DNA from: Rhodosorus marinus CCMP1338 | Lineage: Eukaryota > Plantae > Rhodophyta | Reading direction: 5' to 3' | DNA: 64,000 bases | NCBI GenBank assembly: GCA_029953675.1 | Contig: JAMWBK010000012.1 | Coordinates: 1,091,868 to 1,155,867 of the forward strand | Part shown: in pieces, positions 22,880 through 35,310 of the stretch | Position numbering within the stretch: the stretch's first letter is position 1 | How the letters are laid out: every line of letters begins with the position of its first letter | Program-made: the position numbers and the translations under genes | The notes under the pieces: model-generated | Databases searched by the model: none | What the model was told of the DNA's origin: nothing | The model's input: only the letters and a program-made list of their open reading frames with translations

Positions 22880-24255
22880 TTTAGCTCTTGGATGAGCCCC
22901 TCGATCTTGAAGCTGCTCCCGACAGGGACTTGATTCGTGCACAGATCGCTCTACCGTTGCGATTAGGGGGATTCGGCGTCGCAGACCGTGGGCTGGTATG
23001 CTCGCCAGCGGCGGTTGCCTCCTGGGCTACCGCGCTGCGACCGTTGGTGACCTTCCAGATGCGAAGTGCCTGCCTCTTGGCTCGAGCTTTGACCAACGAG
23101 GATCCAGTGACCCTGCCGCCCCCGCTTTTGACAATTTATGATGGTCTTCAACACGCGTTCAGGAGGTGCAACGCCGTGCCGGACGCAAATCGGTCCCGCT
23201 TTCGTTCCTTGAGGGAGCTGTTATGGGGACGAGCTGAAGCGTTTGAGGATTCTCCCCTCGACCGAGTTCTTGCCGATGACGGAGAGGCTAGCCCCGGGTC
23301 ACCTGTTGCAGACTACCCGGGTTTGAGCCGATTGTGGAGCTCCCGCACTGATGTGATTCAACAGAGCCTCACCTGGGGCCAACACAGTGCCGCTCACACA
23401 GTCATGCTCAATTCTCCTCTCACGCCGCCTACCACTGCCGCTCGTCTCCGCGGCATGGGAGGCCACCTCTCGCACTTGTGGTTAACCACTCTACCGTCGT
23501 CATTGAGTCATCGTCTCGATGCTTTCCAGTTCCGTTCTGTCGCACGGATCTATCTCGGTTTGCCACAGGCTCCGTGGCACTCTAATCGGCCGTCTTTCTG
23601 TCAGGGATGTGAGAGCCGGATTGACGCTTGTGGCTACCACTTCCTGGGTTCCTGCGGACTGTTGCGAGGTCTCCGTACGAGGCGTCACACTCGCCTCAAG
23701 TACATCCTCAGCGAATTTTTGACTCGGATAGGGCATACGGTTGAGGTTGAGTCGGAACTGCCCAGATCAATCTCGGACTCTGCACCGCCCCGTTGTATAG
23801 CCGATCTCCTCGTCTCCGACGCTGCTGCCAGACGCTCAACATATGTGGACCTTGTGATTACCTGACCCGTGGCCAGCGCCTACCTGACCGCAGCCGCCCG
23901 CCGCCGGGGGGCCGCGGCTTCGGCCCTTCGAAGAGTTAAGGAACGACGGTATGCTGAGAGCATGGCCAGTCTGCCTTGCGCTGAGGGTCGCTCTCACCGA
24001 TTCCAGCCATTCATTGTGGAAAGCTTTGGTCACGTGGATAAATCGGGTTTAGAGTGGATGCGGAAATGTTTTGCTGAGCATCCTACTGAATATTTGGCGC
24101 TCTTGAGGCGTTTAAGTGTCTCCCTTTGGCGATATTCCAGCGACATGCTTTCCGAGGCGCGCCATCGGTGCCTGGGGTTGCATGCTTCCCTTCCTAGTTA
24201 TTAGTTCATCTTCACGCCTTGCGTAGCGCTTCAGGCTATGCTAGTAAAGTCCAGT
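22880..24255 (+). mobile_element. 5'-truncated family C element (3' 1.37 kb)
   Basis: LPLRLGGFG, CQGC...HFLGSC, RRH, ADL, VDL (TGA at 3863 offset position 23863), ESFG; ends ctagtaaagtccagt. Confidence 0.92.
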
Positions 24256-24386
24256 TGTGCTCATAAGACCTGATTTTAAGACCCATCGTGGTGATGTTTA
24301 CTTCCTCTATCAATAAATCCACAGTATGGAGCATACTACCCAGGACCTTCTACTTATTCGAACAGCAGAGTCTCCCGATGAAGGGT

Positions 24387-25085
24387 CTAATTCCTCCGAG
24401 TGCGCACAAGTGAGATCTTCACCGATCCAACAGGCACTCCGTCGAATCGAGATCCCAGGATCGACACAATCGGCTCCTGGGGCCTCGTTGGCCTGTTGTT
24501 CGTCCTGAAGCTGTTTCCCTTCTCCGTTCCAGCATCCCAAACGCTCAGGTTCTGTTCGAATTTCTTAATCCATTTGCCACGACTCTCGTTGCACAACTGT
24601 ACATCGTCGAAGCCAGTGAACCAGTCCGGGCTCGGTGCCGCCATAGCGATCGCCGACGCGTAGGTGCGGTATTTGTCGAGTTTGATGAGAACAGTGACCC
24701 TCTGAGATCCATCCTCGGTAGGCTCTTCCGTGTATACAAAGTCAAAAACGTTACGGCCCTTTTGGCTCTCCAACTCGTCCAAAAGGGTGCCGATCTTTCC
24801 CATCTCAGCAACATTCTCAACACCCTTGGTGGAGAATCCATGTGGGGTCCAGACATGGTATCCGATTCCGTGAGAGGCAACAACGGTCTGAGAGAAGTGG
24901 CCATCTGATGGGTAGGCGTTGGGGTGGGTAGCCCCGGTCCACAAATAGTCAATGACCACCTTGTAAATAGCACTTCCACTGCACTTGGAGTCGCTCATCC
25001 TCTCGACGTCATCCAGTTGGACCGCTGATCCTACCGCGGTGACCGCGAGAACTGCCGCGGCAACGAACATCATCTTCGCCATCAT
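24387..25085 (-). CDS. Secreted Spondin_N (F-spondin/mindin N-terminal) domain protein, copy 1
   Basis: Signal peptide; W...THP..YP..GHFS, GVENVAEMG, APSPDWF and WDAGTE motifs. Confidence 0.92.
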   Translation of the reverse strand: MMAKMMFVAAAVLAVTAVGSAVQLDDVERMSDSKCSGSAIYKVVIDYLWTGATHPNAYPSDGHFSQTVVASHGIGYHVWTPHGFSTKGVENVAEMGKIGTLLDELESQKGRNVFDFVYTEEPTEDGSQRVTVLIKLDKYRTYASAIAMAAPSPDWFTGFDDVQLCNESRGKWIKKFEQNLSVWDAGTEKGNSFRTNNRPTRPQEPIVSILGSRFDGVPVGSVKISLVRTRRN

Positions 25086-28000
25086 TTTTACAGAAATCCT
25101 CTGTTCTTAACCCAAAGCCGTTTGTCTCCTACTCTGCTTGCTTGTCCTTGTTTGAATCTTTTTTGACATCCTCACAGCGTCATGACATAGCTCGCTCGCA
25201 TTTATAGTCATCAAGAGACGAGAACTGTAGCCGAGACCCCTTCCCTATTCTCAGCTCAAGATCTAGACATAACAATCGCGTTAAATCTTTGCCCTAAAGA
25301 GGATGACTTTTCGTCTTGACGTGGCCTAGCCTCACTGATGTCGCTCGTCTAACCAGCTCCCCATCAATGATATGCTTTTCTCTTTCCAGTCAAATCTTCG
25401 TCATCCGGTCTTACCTTGGAATACGCGTCGGTTCTGTACGCCACTCTGCTGCCTGGTGGCCTACGTGAGCTTTTCTCATATCAGCGGTATTGCCATTAGG
25501 TAGTGTTTTGACAGAATCCTGATGGCGTAAAGTTTCTTTCCTTCGCTCGGCTATGTGCAAAATTCTGGAGCTAAATCCGAGGAGAATGCTTCAGAAGGAG
25601 GACGAGAAGGCAGCTCGGAACAAGTTTTTGTCCTCGACCTGAAAGAAAGCAACAAACTTTTGCTTCTGGTTGTTGTTTTTTTATGTTTCGGACAGGAGAA
25701 CGAGGATCCTCGATCATAGGCGAGAGAAAAGGTCGGGCAGAAAAAAAGAGGCTATGCAGAGATTTCGATTGGAAGGCCTACAACCGTTGAAACGAGAGAT
25801 GGGGGAGTGGGTTAAGAAGCGAGCTCGGTATGCGCTTGTCCCTCATCATCACCGCAACTAGTGTTGAACAGGGGACTGAGGTCTACTCGAATTCGATCAG
25901 TTTGAGCGAAGTTTCTTTCATTTCGATTTTCTCTTATTCGACGCTGTGGCTCAGGTCGGCTCTCAATCAGCTCACACGCGGTCCCCATTGCCCGTCTGCC
26001 CGTCTGGGGGAGAAGAATCTACATCTGAGCGGATGCCTCTTTCCGCCGCCTTTACGTGGAGAGGGCTGTTCTAATTTAGCAGGGCTTGTTGCGTGGTATT
26101 CTGTATAGCCATGGGGTTGCGCGGGGCGACGCAGGCCGAAGTTCGCACGTTTTCCCCAAAACAAGCATCTCTTATGTTTTTTATTTACTACAAAATTGAC
26201 AAGTTGTTCTCTGGACTAAAATAATGAATAATAGTCCTAATCTAGGTGCATAGCGCATACCTCCAATAGGCGTCTACGTACATTCTATTGCAATCCAAGA
26301 AAGCATAGCCGAGATACCGGAATTTTTGCCGAAATAATTGATTCATAGTTGATATTGATTTGGAACACTGCTTTATTAATTTTACCCCTATTCAAGGCAC
26401 AAGAAAAACGGGTTTCCTATGAATAAATGAAATATTTCTTGACGTGACGTGTTGCAACAGCTTTTCGACTAGAGGGGTGTTGAGGTACATTGCAACTTTT
26501 TTTTGCCCCAAAGTTGCCGCCTGATGCAGGTTATCTGCTAGAACCGTTTCCAGCTCTGGTTCGGGACAGCGGTAGTTTCACCGAGAAACAGGATCGCCTC
26601 TCGTATTCGAACCGCATTTTCCCGTTTCTAATCGAGGAATCGCATTGCTCACGAGTCAGCGAGCTGTTCAGTTCTCCCGAGGTCATTGACACTGTAGAAA
26701 ATAGGCGGAAGCCCACGGCGCGCCGTCCCAAGCATCAGCCCGGCTTTGACGAGCAACAAGCAGAGACGCATTTGAGGGAGGATTGTCGACCTCTCAAACC
26801 CGCGCCGCCAAAACATCTTCTAGCGGTTGAACAAGAAACCATAAACGAATGAGGCCCAGGAGAGAATCACCGCAGATTGTCTTCGGCAGCACTTCGACGA
26901 CGTTACCCTCCTTCGAAAGGCGTCTCCAACAGCTTGCCCTAGTATGTGATAGCTCCTCATGCAGTCCACTCCCGATGAGTCATGCAGATCACAGCAAGCA
27001 ATGCACCAGCAAAATTTGACATCGATGGTACACACCGCCAATTTGAGATAGCCGTATTCTAGAACAGGTAACGCTTTCAGCTTTGTCTTGATTCGTGTTT
27101 TTTATTCAAAAACAAAAATAAATCCTATATCTGGACATAGTTAGAATAATTGGTTCCTAACGTCCACGCCAGTTCTCCGCGAAAAGAAGGCTAACGCTTA
27201 CACTATATGTTTTACAAAATATAGATTTTCAGATAAAAAACAAACTGAAGCCTTTGTTCATTGGTTGTATATCTGATTATATGAAATATTATTATGAAAT
27301 AGACTGGGGTTACTACAAATGTTTTCTCTGAGGTGTTTTTTTTACCTTGTGAGGACTATCCTCGCACCGTTTTGTACTATATTTAGTAAATAAAACTCAT
27401 AGTTTCTATTTTGTCTCGTATTTTGTACTTTTAAACGAGTAGCTTTTGTCGATGTGGATGAGGAGTGGATTTCTCTCAACCTCGTCAGCTGCCGCTCCTT
27501 GCTGAGTGGCTCTTTTGCTCCGGCAAGGTCCAGCCGGTCATTCAGGAGATTTCCGAGTTATAGGGCGCTCGAAAATCTCTCGGTTGAAAGGATTAACTGG
27601 AAAATGAAAAAGATGGCCAGCTACCTCACCGTACACTTTGTGTGTTGAGTAGACAGTCGTCAAGAACTTTGGGCGGCGACAGAGGTTTGGCGAGAAATCT
27701 AAGGAACATTCTACTCATTCTGGCCCAACCCGCGGTTCACAGCAATATATGGAGTTCCCAAGCCAGGGCAACGAAGTATGGGCCTGCGAACAGCGGTCGT
27801 ATGGTTGTCGCGACGCAGGTCGATTCTTGGTAGCGCAACCGCGAAATGGGGCAATACTCGACCACTTGTGAGCCATTAACGTCTCCGTTATGACGGCTCT
27901 ATATATCCTCCTCAATTCAAACCCCAACAGGCACAAAATTTGTAGACTTCTCAATCGAAATCTCTTCATAAGCTCTTCTTTTTCTCGCGCTGATGATCGA

Positions 28001-28459
28001 GGATCCTTGTTCTCTTGTTCGAAACATCAAAGACAAAAAAAAAAAGCCAGCAGTTTCTTCAAGATTGATTAGCAAAAAATTTGTTCCCCGCTTCCTTTCT
28101 CGTCCCCTTCTGAAGCGTTCTCCACGATTTAGCTCCAGGATTTTTGCACATAGCGAGCGAAGCGAAGAAACTATACCTCCATCAGCATTCTAGCAAAGCA
28201 CTACCTAATGGCATTCCCACTGATATGAGAAACCCTGGGGTAGTCTAATTCAGGCAGCAAAGTGGCGATGAAGAACCGACGCGTATTCCCGGTAAGACCG
28301 GATGACGAAGATTTGACTGGAAAGAGAAAAGCATGCCATTGATGGGGAGCTGGTTAGACGAGCCCCATCAGTGAGGCTAGGTCACGTCAAGACGATAAGT
28401 CATCCTCTTTAGGGCGAAGATTGAACGCAATTTTTTTGTCTAGATCTTTAGCTGAGAAT

Positions 28460-28573
28460 GAATGAATTTGTTCAATCGGAGACTGAAGAAGAAGCCCCGA
28501 GGGGAAAAAAAAAGACTAAAAGCGGCAAAGATCGCGTGCTTCCAACATCACAAGCAGCGTTCATACGCCGCAG
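28460..28573 (-). mobile_element. 114-bp 5'-truncated family B-like insertion
   Basis: 10-bp TSD AGCTGAGAAT (28450-28459, 28574-28583); the empty site is preserved in the left arm (~25245-25265). Confidence 0.88.
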
Positions 28574-28744
28574 AGCTGAGAATAGGGAAGGGGTCTAGGC
28601 TGCAGTTCTCGTCTCTTGATGACTATAAATGCGAGCGAGCGATGTCATGACGCTGTGAGGATGTCGAAAAAGATTCAAACAAGGACAAGCAAGCAGAGTA
28701 GGAGACAAACGGCTTTGGGTTAAGAACAGAGGATTTCTGTAAAA

Positions 28745-29443
28745 ATGATGGCGAAGATGATGTTCGTTGCCGCGGCAGTTCTCGCGGTCACCGCGGTAGG
28801 ATCAGCGGTCCAACTGGATGACGTCGAGAGGATGAGCGACTCCAAGTGCAGTGGAAGTGCTATTTACAAGGTGGTCATTGACTATTTGTGGACCGGGGCT
28901 ACCCACCCCAACGCCTACCCATCAGATGGCCACTTCTCTCAGACCGTTGTTGCCTCTCACGGAATCGGATACCATGTCTGGACCCCACATGGATTCTCCA
29001 CCAAGGGTGTTGAGAATGTTGCTGAGATGGGAAAGATCGGCACCCTTTTGGACGAGTTGGAGAGCCAAAAGGGCCGTAACGTTTTTGACTTTGTATACAC
29101 GGAAGAGCCTACCGAGGATGGATCTCAGAGGGTCACTGTTCTCATCAAACTCGACAAATACCGCACCTACGCGTCGGCGATCGCTATGGCGGCACCGAGC
29201 CCGGACTGGTTCACTGGCTTCGACGATGTACAGTTGTGCAACGAGAGTCGTGGCAAATGGATTAAGAAATTCGAACAGAACCTGAGCGTTTGGGATGCTG
29301 GAACGGAGAAGGGAAACAGCTTCAGGATGAACAACAGGCCAACGAGGCCCCAGGAGCCGATTGTGTCGATCCTGGGATCTCGATTCGACGGAGTGCCTGT
29401 TGGATCGGTGAAGATCTCACTTGTGCGCACTCGGAGGAATTAG
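28745..29443 (+). CDS. Secreted Spondin_N domain protein, copy 2
   Basis: Identical to copy 1 except FRMNN versus FRTNN. Confidence 0.92.
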   Translation: MMAKMMFVAAAVLAVTAVGSAVQLDDVERMSDSKCSGSAIYKVVIDYLWTGATHPNAYPSDGHFSQTVVASHGIGYHVWTPHGFSTKGVENVAEMGKIGTLLDELESQKGRNVFDFVYTEEPTEDGSQRVTVLIKLDKYRTYASAIAMAAPSPDWFTGFDDVQLCNESRGKWIKKFEQNLSVWDAGTEKGNSFRMNNRPTRPQEPIVSILGSRFDGVPVGSVKISLVRTRRN

Positions 29444-29744
29444 ACCCTTCATCGGGAGACTCTGCCGTTCGAATAAGTAGAAGGTCCTGGGTAGTATGCT
29501 CCATACTGTGGATTTATTGATAGAGGAAGTAAACATCACCACGATGGGTCTTAAAATCAGGTATTACGAGCGCAAATGTAGCTAGGGTCGCTGGGAACAG
29601 GGATCCACTCATGGGGACTCGAAAGCCGCGAAGTTTTACCCAATTTATGAGCTCGACGAGACAACCTAGCGAACCCGGCCAGGTCCTTACATAGATTTCC
29701 AACCACTAGTTTGAAAAATTGGACTTTTCAAGGAAGCACACATC

Positions 29745-30260
29745 TGGTGCTCCTCCGCCGTTTAAGTGTCGCTCTCTCGCGGTATTCTAGCAACCTGCTC
29801 GCCGAGGCTCGCCAACGCCGCCTGGGCTTGCATGCTCTTCTCCCTAGTCCCTAGTTTGCTTTACGTCTCGCGTAATGCACGAGGCGTCACACTCGCTTCA
29901 AGTACATTCTCAGCGAATGTTTCACTCGGGTAGGGCATACAGTTGAGGTGGAATCAGAACTACCCAGATCGGTTTCGGATAGGGCACCGCCCCGCTGTAT
30001 CGCAGACCTCCTTGTCTCCGATGCTGCCGCCAGACGCTCAGCATATGTTGACCTCGCGATTACATGCCCTGTGGCAAGCGCCCATCTCACGGCTGCCGCC
30101 CGCCGCCGGGGAGCAGCTGCTTCGGCCCTTCGCCGCGTGAAGGAACGACGGTATGCTGAGGGTATGGCCTGTCTGCCTTGCGCTGAGGGTCGCTCCCACC
30201 GGTTCCAGCCTTTCATTGAGGAAATCTTTGGTCACGTGGAATTAACGGGTTTGGAGTGGT
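29745..30260 (+). mobile_element. Family C-like 3' end followed by an RLE fragment
   Basis: CIADLLVSDAAARRSAYVDL and FQPFIEE; 3' UTR-like cctagtccctagtttg at ~29845. Confidence 0.8.
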
Positions 30261-30479
30261 TGTCTGAGGTAAGCGGACAACGAGGCCACGGTGCCCCCCA
30301 GACCTCATGGCAGTCAAAATCAGGGGATCAGTCAATATGCGCCTGTCCCGGGACAGGCGAGGGCTGCTGAATCACGGGACAGTGCGGATTTTGCACTTGG
30401 AAGGGGGTTCCCAACAATCACCCGTGTTCGGCGACTGGTGGTGACCGAGATGGTCAACCCACGGGCGCCGTTTTAGATG

Positions 30480-32545
30480 TGTGTGAAGATGTCTACCCTA
30501 CCTTGGCAGGACATTCAGCAGGTAGGTTCCCTCCCACCCAGGTTAAGGGAAGTGGCCCGAGGGGGTCACCCCCTCCCGATTACTGTTCGGTGATGAGGCG
30601 CAGCGTTGCCGCACAGCTGCGATTGTCCGGTTCTTACCACCGCGTGAGGAGAATTAGGGAAACTCGGCAACACTTTTTCAATTTCTCTGAGTGCGAAAGG
30701 TGCGCCCGAAGCCCACACGGGGGCAGGTCCCGTCAATGGTGGATTTTAGGCATACCTTTGCGGAATCATTGGGCTGCAAGCGCGAGGATTCCCTTTTCGC
30801 GCACTACGAGGGACGAGATATTCTGCTCGTTGTGACATAGACTGCAGCCGCGTATCCTCAGGCGCTGCTTCCTAAGCCAAAAACCCGTGGCCAGCAAGCG
30901 CCCGCTGGTTACGCGAGAACCCCCCCCGTGGTTCTCCATTTTGCCTTTGACCGTTTCTCGGGGCATTTCCTCGCACCGGGACAGATTGCCAGACTTTCTG
31001 AGAGTGAGTGCAGTGTAAAGGTGGCGGCCATCCATTGGTTCCGCATTCACCGCATTGAGAGGCTCGTGTTGGCGCGATTTCGGTCCGGTCCCCGCCATCT
31101 TTTTGAAGCACTGTCGATTTTCTTTGATCGTGAGCGGCGGTTGGTATTGCAGCTGCGCTTCAAGGGGGATTTACAGCGCATGGATGTGCTTGGGGGTTCA
31201 AGCGCCACCACCACCTCCGTGGAGGGGGGCAATGAACGGGAGCTGGATGGAATGTCGGTGGAGGATACTCCAACCACCCTCCTGGACGCCCCGGGCACCC
31301 TCACGCGCGCCTCGCGCAGTAGAAGAGCCAATACCTTAGTGCGACTACCAGGCAAATCCTCCTGTAAATGAGTTTTAACCCGGCACATGCAGCTCACAGA
31401 TGCCATTGAGCACCTTCCTGATGGTATGCTGCAATCGGCGTGCCTGATTTCCCGATTTTGTGTGGGTCCCCGGCTCAACTATTGGCAGCGAAGTCTTCCA
31501 CCGCAATGGGGAGCATGAATTGCTGCTAAGGCGGACGAGGCGACGCGCTATCACATTGGGGCACACTCTTAGACGAACCTCTTGCTTCGGCATCGGCACC
31601 GGACAGGGACCTGATCCGGGCTCAGATGGCTCTACCCTTGCGCCAGAGAGGCTTTGGAGTGGGTGACCGGCGTCTTGTCTGCTCGACTACGACGGTAGCC
31701 TCCTGGGCCACCGCTCATCATACTCTTGTGGGATTTAGCTTCCGCAGTGCATGCCTTTTAAGTTGGGCGCTGACGAACGATGACCTAGTCAACCTTCCGC
31801 CGCCGTTACTGCGTATCTATGACTGCCTGCAACAGGCGTTTCGTCGGTGCATGCCGTGCCGGAAGAGAATCGATATAAGTTCAGTTCCTGGAAGGAGATG
31901 TGCGGGGACGCAATGAGGCAGACTCAGGCATTCTAATCGCCCTTCCTTCTGCGAAGGATGTGCGAGCCGTATCAACGGATGTGGGTACCATTTCTAGGCG
32001 ACACAAGCGCCTGAAATACGTCCTGAGCGAACGCTTGACAAGAGTTGGCTACACGGTCGAGGTGGAATCGGAACTGCCTAGTACACCCTCCGCAACCACC
32101 TCTACTCGTTGCATCGAAGATCTCCTGGTCTCGGACACAGCCGCCAGACGCTCAGCATAGGTGGACCTCGCTGTCACTTGCCCCGTGTCCGGTACATATC
32201 TCCCTTCTGCTGCTCTCCGCAGGAGGTCAGCAGGTTCTGTACTTCGCCGCGTGAAGGAACGACGTTGCGGAGCATGACCAGTGTTCCCCGGGAAGAGGGC
32301 CGGGCTCACAGGTTCCAGCCTTTCATTGTGGAAACCTTTGGGCATATGGAAAAGTCAAGCTTGGAGTGGCTACGTAAACTTTTTACCGAACATCCTGAAG
32401 AATATCTGGTGCTTCGCCGTTTAAGTATCGCACTCTGGCGGTATTCAAGCAACATACTCGCCGAGCCGCGCCACCGTCGCCTTGGCTTACATGCTCTTCT
32501 TCCTAGTGCGCTTTGAGTAGCGCATCAGGCTATGTTGGTAAAGCC
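30480..32545 (+). mobile_element. Heavily deleted family C-like element, including a probable ORF1 remnant
   Basis: RIERLVLARF..EALSIFF resembles B ORF1 RIQASLFARF..TALEAFL; then ALPLRQRGFG, FQPFIVETFG and a C-type 3' end at ~32520. Confidence 0.65.
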
Positions 32546-32599
32546 ACGATAGAAGAGAGCCAGGGGGGGGGGACTCCAGCTTTCTGTGGAACCCTCTTC

Positions 32600-33120
32600 A
32601 TAATTTTAGACTTTCTTACACTTTTTAGACTTTATTACACTTTTTACACTTCCTTACTCTTTTTAGACTTTCTTACACTTTCTAGACTATCTTACCCCTT
32701 TTAGACTTTCTTACATTTTTCACTCTTTTTACACTTTTCTCACTTTTCACACTTTTCACACTTTTCACACTTTTCACACTTTTTGCACTTTTTGCACCTT
32801 TCCCAGTGTTTTTTCCTTTTACACTTTTAACACTTTTTAACACTTTCTAACACTTTCTAACACTTTTTAACACTTTTTAACACTTTTCACACTTTTTAAC
32901 ACTTTTCACACTTTTCACACTTTCCACACTTTCCACGCTTTCCACGCTTTCCACACCTTCCACACTTTCCACACTTTCCACACTTTCCACGCTTTCCACA
33001 CTTTCCACACTTTTTCACTCTTTTTTACACTTTTCCGGCTTTTTCCACTCTTTCCGCATTTTCCCCTTTTCCCATTTTTTCGCACTTTTTCGCACTTCCT
33101 CACACTTTTTTGCACTGCAT
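32600..33120. repeat. Pyrimidine-rich minisatellite (TTTTAGACTTTCTTACAC-like units, then ~9-bp CACACTTTY units)
   Basis: Directly visible tandem degenerate units. Confidence 0.85.
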
Positions 33121-33124
33121 CTGA

Positions 33125-33990
33125 ATGAACTTGTTCAACCGCAAACTGGAAAAAGAAAACCCGAGGGGAAGAAAGCAAGACTTAGCGCCGCGAGGAAGAT
33201 CGCACGTTTCCAAAATCAAAGAGCGCTCATACGCTACAGCAAGAAACTTAAACGGGTAAACAACGAGGACAGACGGTCAGGGCGTTCGTGGAACAATTCC
33301 CGAAGCCAACGAGAGCCAACGGAATCCTTGAACCCAAAACAAGCAATGACCAGAGGTACCAGGCGATGAGCTAGAGCCGAAGCACGAATGCCTGGGGAAG
33401 ACAAATCCTCCACATATTTCAATTCTTTGCGACGTCTCATACCGGCAGCGGCAAATCCACGGCGCTCTCCCGCAGCCGCCAAATAACGACTAGCTTGGGG
33501 ATTGGGAACAGCAAGATCAACGTACGTCGTATGGCGGCTATCGTCACAGGTGACCACGAAGTCAGCCACTCGGCTTTCATCATTCTGGTAGTCTGCGACA
33601 GGCAGGGGCTTCTCACGTTCAAATTCAAGACCGGCTTGCCGTGCGTTAGATCCAAGTTCGCGGTATAGCAGGTTCAAGATCCGCGTATGTCGTCGGGTGC
33701 GGGCGCCTTTCACGGCGGGGTAGCTGGCGAGCAGGCGGGCACCAAAATCCGCGGTATCTTCGTTCTGAGAGCATACAGGGCACGGGGAACCCATTTCGGA
33801 AGGCCAGGGCGGCTGATGCAAGCCGAGGTATAAGCAGAGAAGCGCACACTTCGAAATCGGTGAGTGTGTGCGGCGGAAAAGCGGGGACGGTCATGAGCCA
33901 CTGAGAGCTAATACCCCTTCCAAGACTACGCAGGCGGACGCGATCTCGGGAAAATGAGACCATCTGCGCGAGAAGTTGGCCGTAGGCCAA
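33125..33990 (-). mobile_element. Older family B-like 3' fragment
   Basis: CPVC..., TYVDLAVPNPQ, RLVPLVIACFG; B-type 3' UTR at ~33130-33185. Confidence 0.85.
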
Positions 33991-34999
33991 GGGGGGTGGA
34001 CTCCAATTTTGTGATGTACCTCTTGAGACATACGCTTTTTATCACTACACATGTTGTACACTTTTTGGCACTTTTTTGCACTTTTTACGCTTTTTTTCAG
34101 TGGTATGTTTTTCCGTGTGTCCTCTCCAATTGGGAAGAGAGTGTTGGAACTCCATACGTGATCTAAGCCTCATGTACTAGTCTAAGACAAATGACTTAGA
34201 CTAGAATCGTTTATATCTATATCTAGCACCAACGTAGGGTATAAAATGGACTGGTTTTTATTAGAATACACTAGCCACTCTGTGATCAGAGGGGTTCGTT
34301 GAGTAGAAGGGAACGGTGTATGCGCCTCCACGCGTCTCTATAGCTCTATAAGAACTTCCAGTTCCAACAGGGTATGAGCCCAGCTCACCGTATGGGAACT
34401 TCGTGAACTAAGAAGATGAGTATGGACTGGATTGTAAAGAAAGTTAATGGTTTGAGGAAATCCTTGCCAAGGAGGACTTCGTCTAGCTGCCCGTACCAAA
34501 GCGAAGAACCGGATGTGGAGGTTCGCGAAGAGCAATTGAGCATGATAATGATAGCTGACCGGACGCAGAGAGCCTACGAATTCAAGGAAGTATTCGCCGC
34601 CGCCATCCGTGTTGAGTACCTTAAGTCTCGCGCCTGTCTGCGTTTCTAACTATGCCTTGTATTCGTTGAAGTGCTGGTATATCTCGTTTTTCTTGCGTAG
34701 GAAGTAAACGCGCGTGTATCGGCTGTACTCGTCCCACGAAAATGGCATTGTAGTTTTGTGGCTACGCGGCCGCATTTGCTGGAATGTATGATATCTATAT
34801 TGTTTGCTCATACACCTTCTGTGCCGAGAGGTTACGAATCGTGCAAGACCTCCGAGGAAGTTAAGATAGTCCGTCTACCGAGGCACGGACGTCTTTCGCA
34901 TGCCACAGTGGTTTCAGATGTCATACATTCGGACACATGCGTTTGCCTTGAAGCCGCAAACGCAGTCGGTAAAACCTACTTTGCTTTTTTAGCACCATG

Positions 35000-35110
35000 C
35001 TCGCCGAGGCGCGCCACCGTCGCCTGGGCTTACATGCTCTTCTTCCTAGTCCCTAGTTTCCTTCTACGTTTCGCGTAGCTCATCAGGCTATGTTAGTAAA
35101 CCACCACCAC
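35000..35110 (+). mobile_element. Short family C-like 3' end inserted in the copia remnant
   Basis: atgctcgccgaggcgcgccaccgtcgcctggg...caggctatgttagtaaaccaccacc. Confidence 0.7.
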
Positions 35111-35202
35111 TTTGTCATGTTCGTGGGACGAATACAGCCGATATATGTGCGTTACTTCCTACGCAAGAAAAAGATATATAACAGCTCTTCAACGAATACA
35201 AA

Positions 35203-35310
35203 TCTTGGTTAGAAACGCAGACCGACGCGCGACTTAAAGGAATTCCGCACGGATGGTCTTGGTTAGAAACGCAGACCGACGCGCGACTTAAAGGAATTCC
35301 GCACGGATGG
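35203..35310. repeat. Perfect 54-bp tandem duplication within the copia integrase
   Basis: TCTTGGTTAGAAACG...CACGGATGG occurs twice (35203-35256, 35257-35310). Confidence 0.92.

Larger units (their letters stand above)
24255..29575. repeat. Inverted duplication with arms of roughly 24255-25830 and 27930-29575 around a ~2.1-kb spacer
   Basis: The outer ~1 kb of the arms is near-identical; the inner part is recognisably homologous but clearly diverged. Confidence 0.9.

Noticed and set aside
25880-27900. Possible structured ncRNA in the spondin spacer
   Set aside because: No recognisable Rfam hallmark; part of it looks like the decayed inner end of the inverted duplication
32915-33178. ORF with KVWKVW repeats
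   Set aside because: Translation of the 9-bp satellite plus a B-like 3' UTR; not a credible gene
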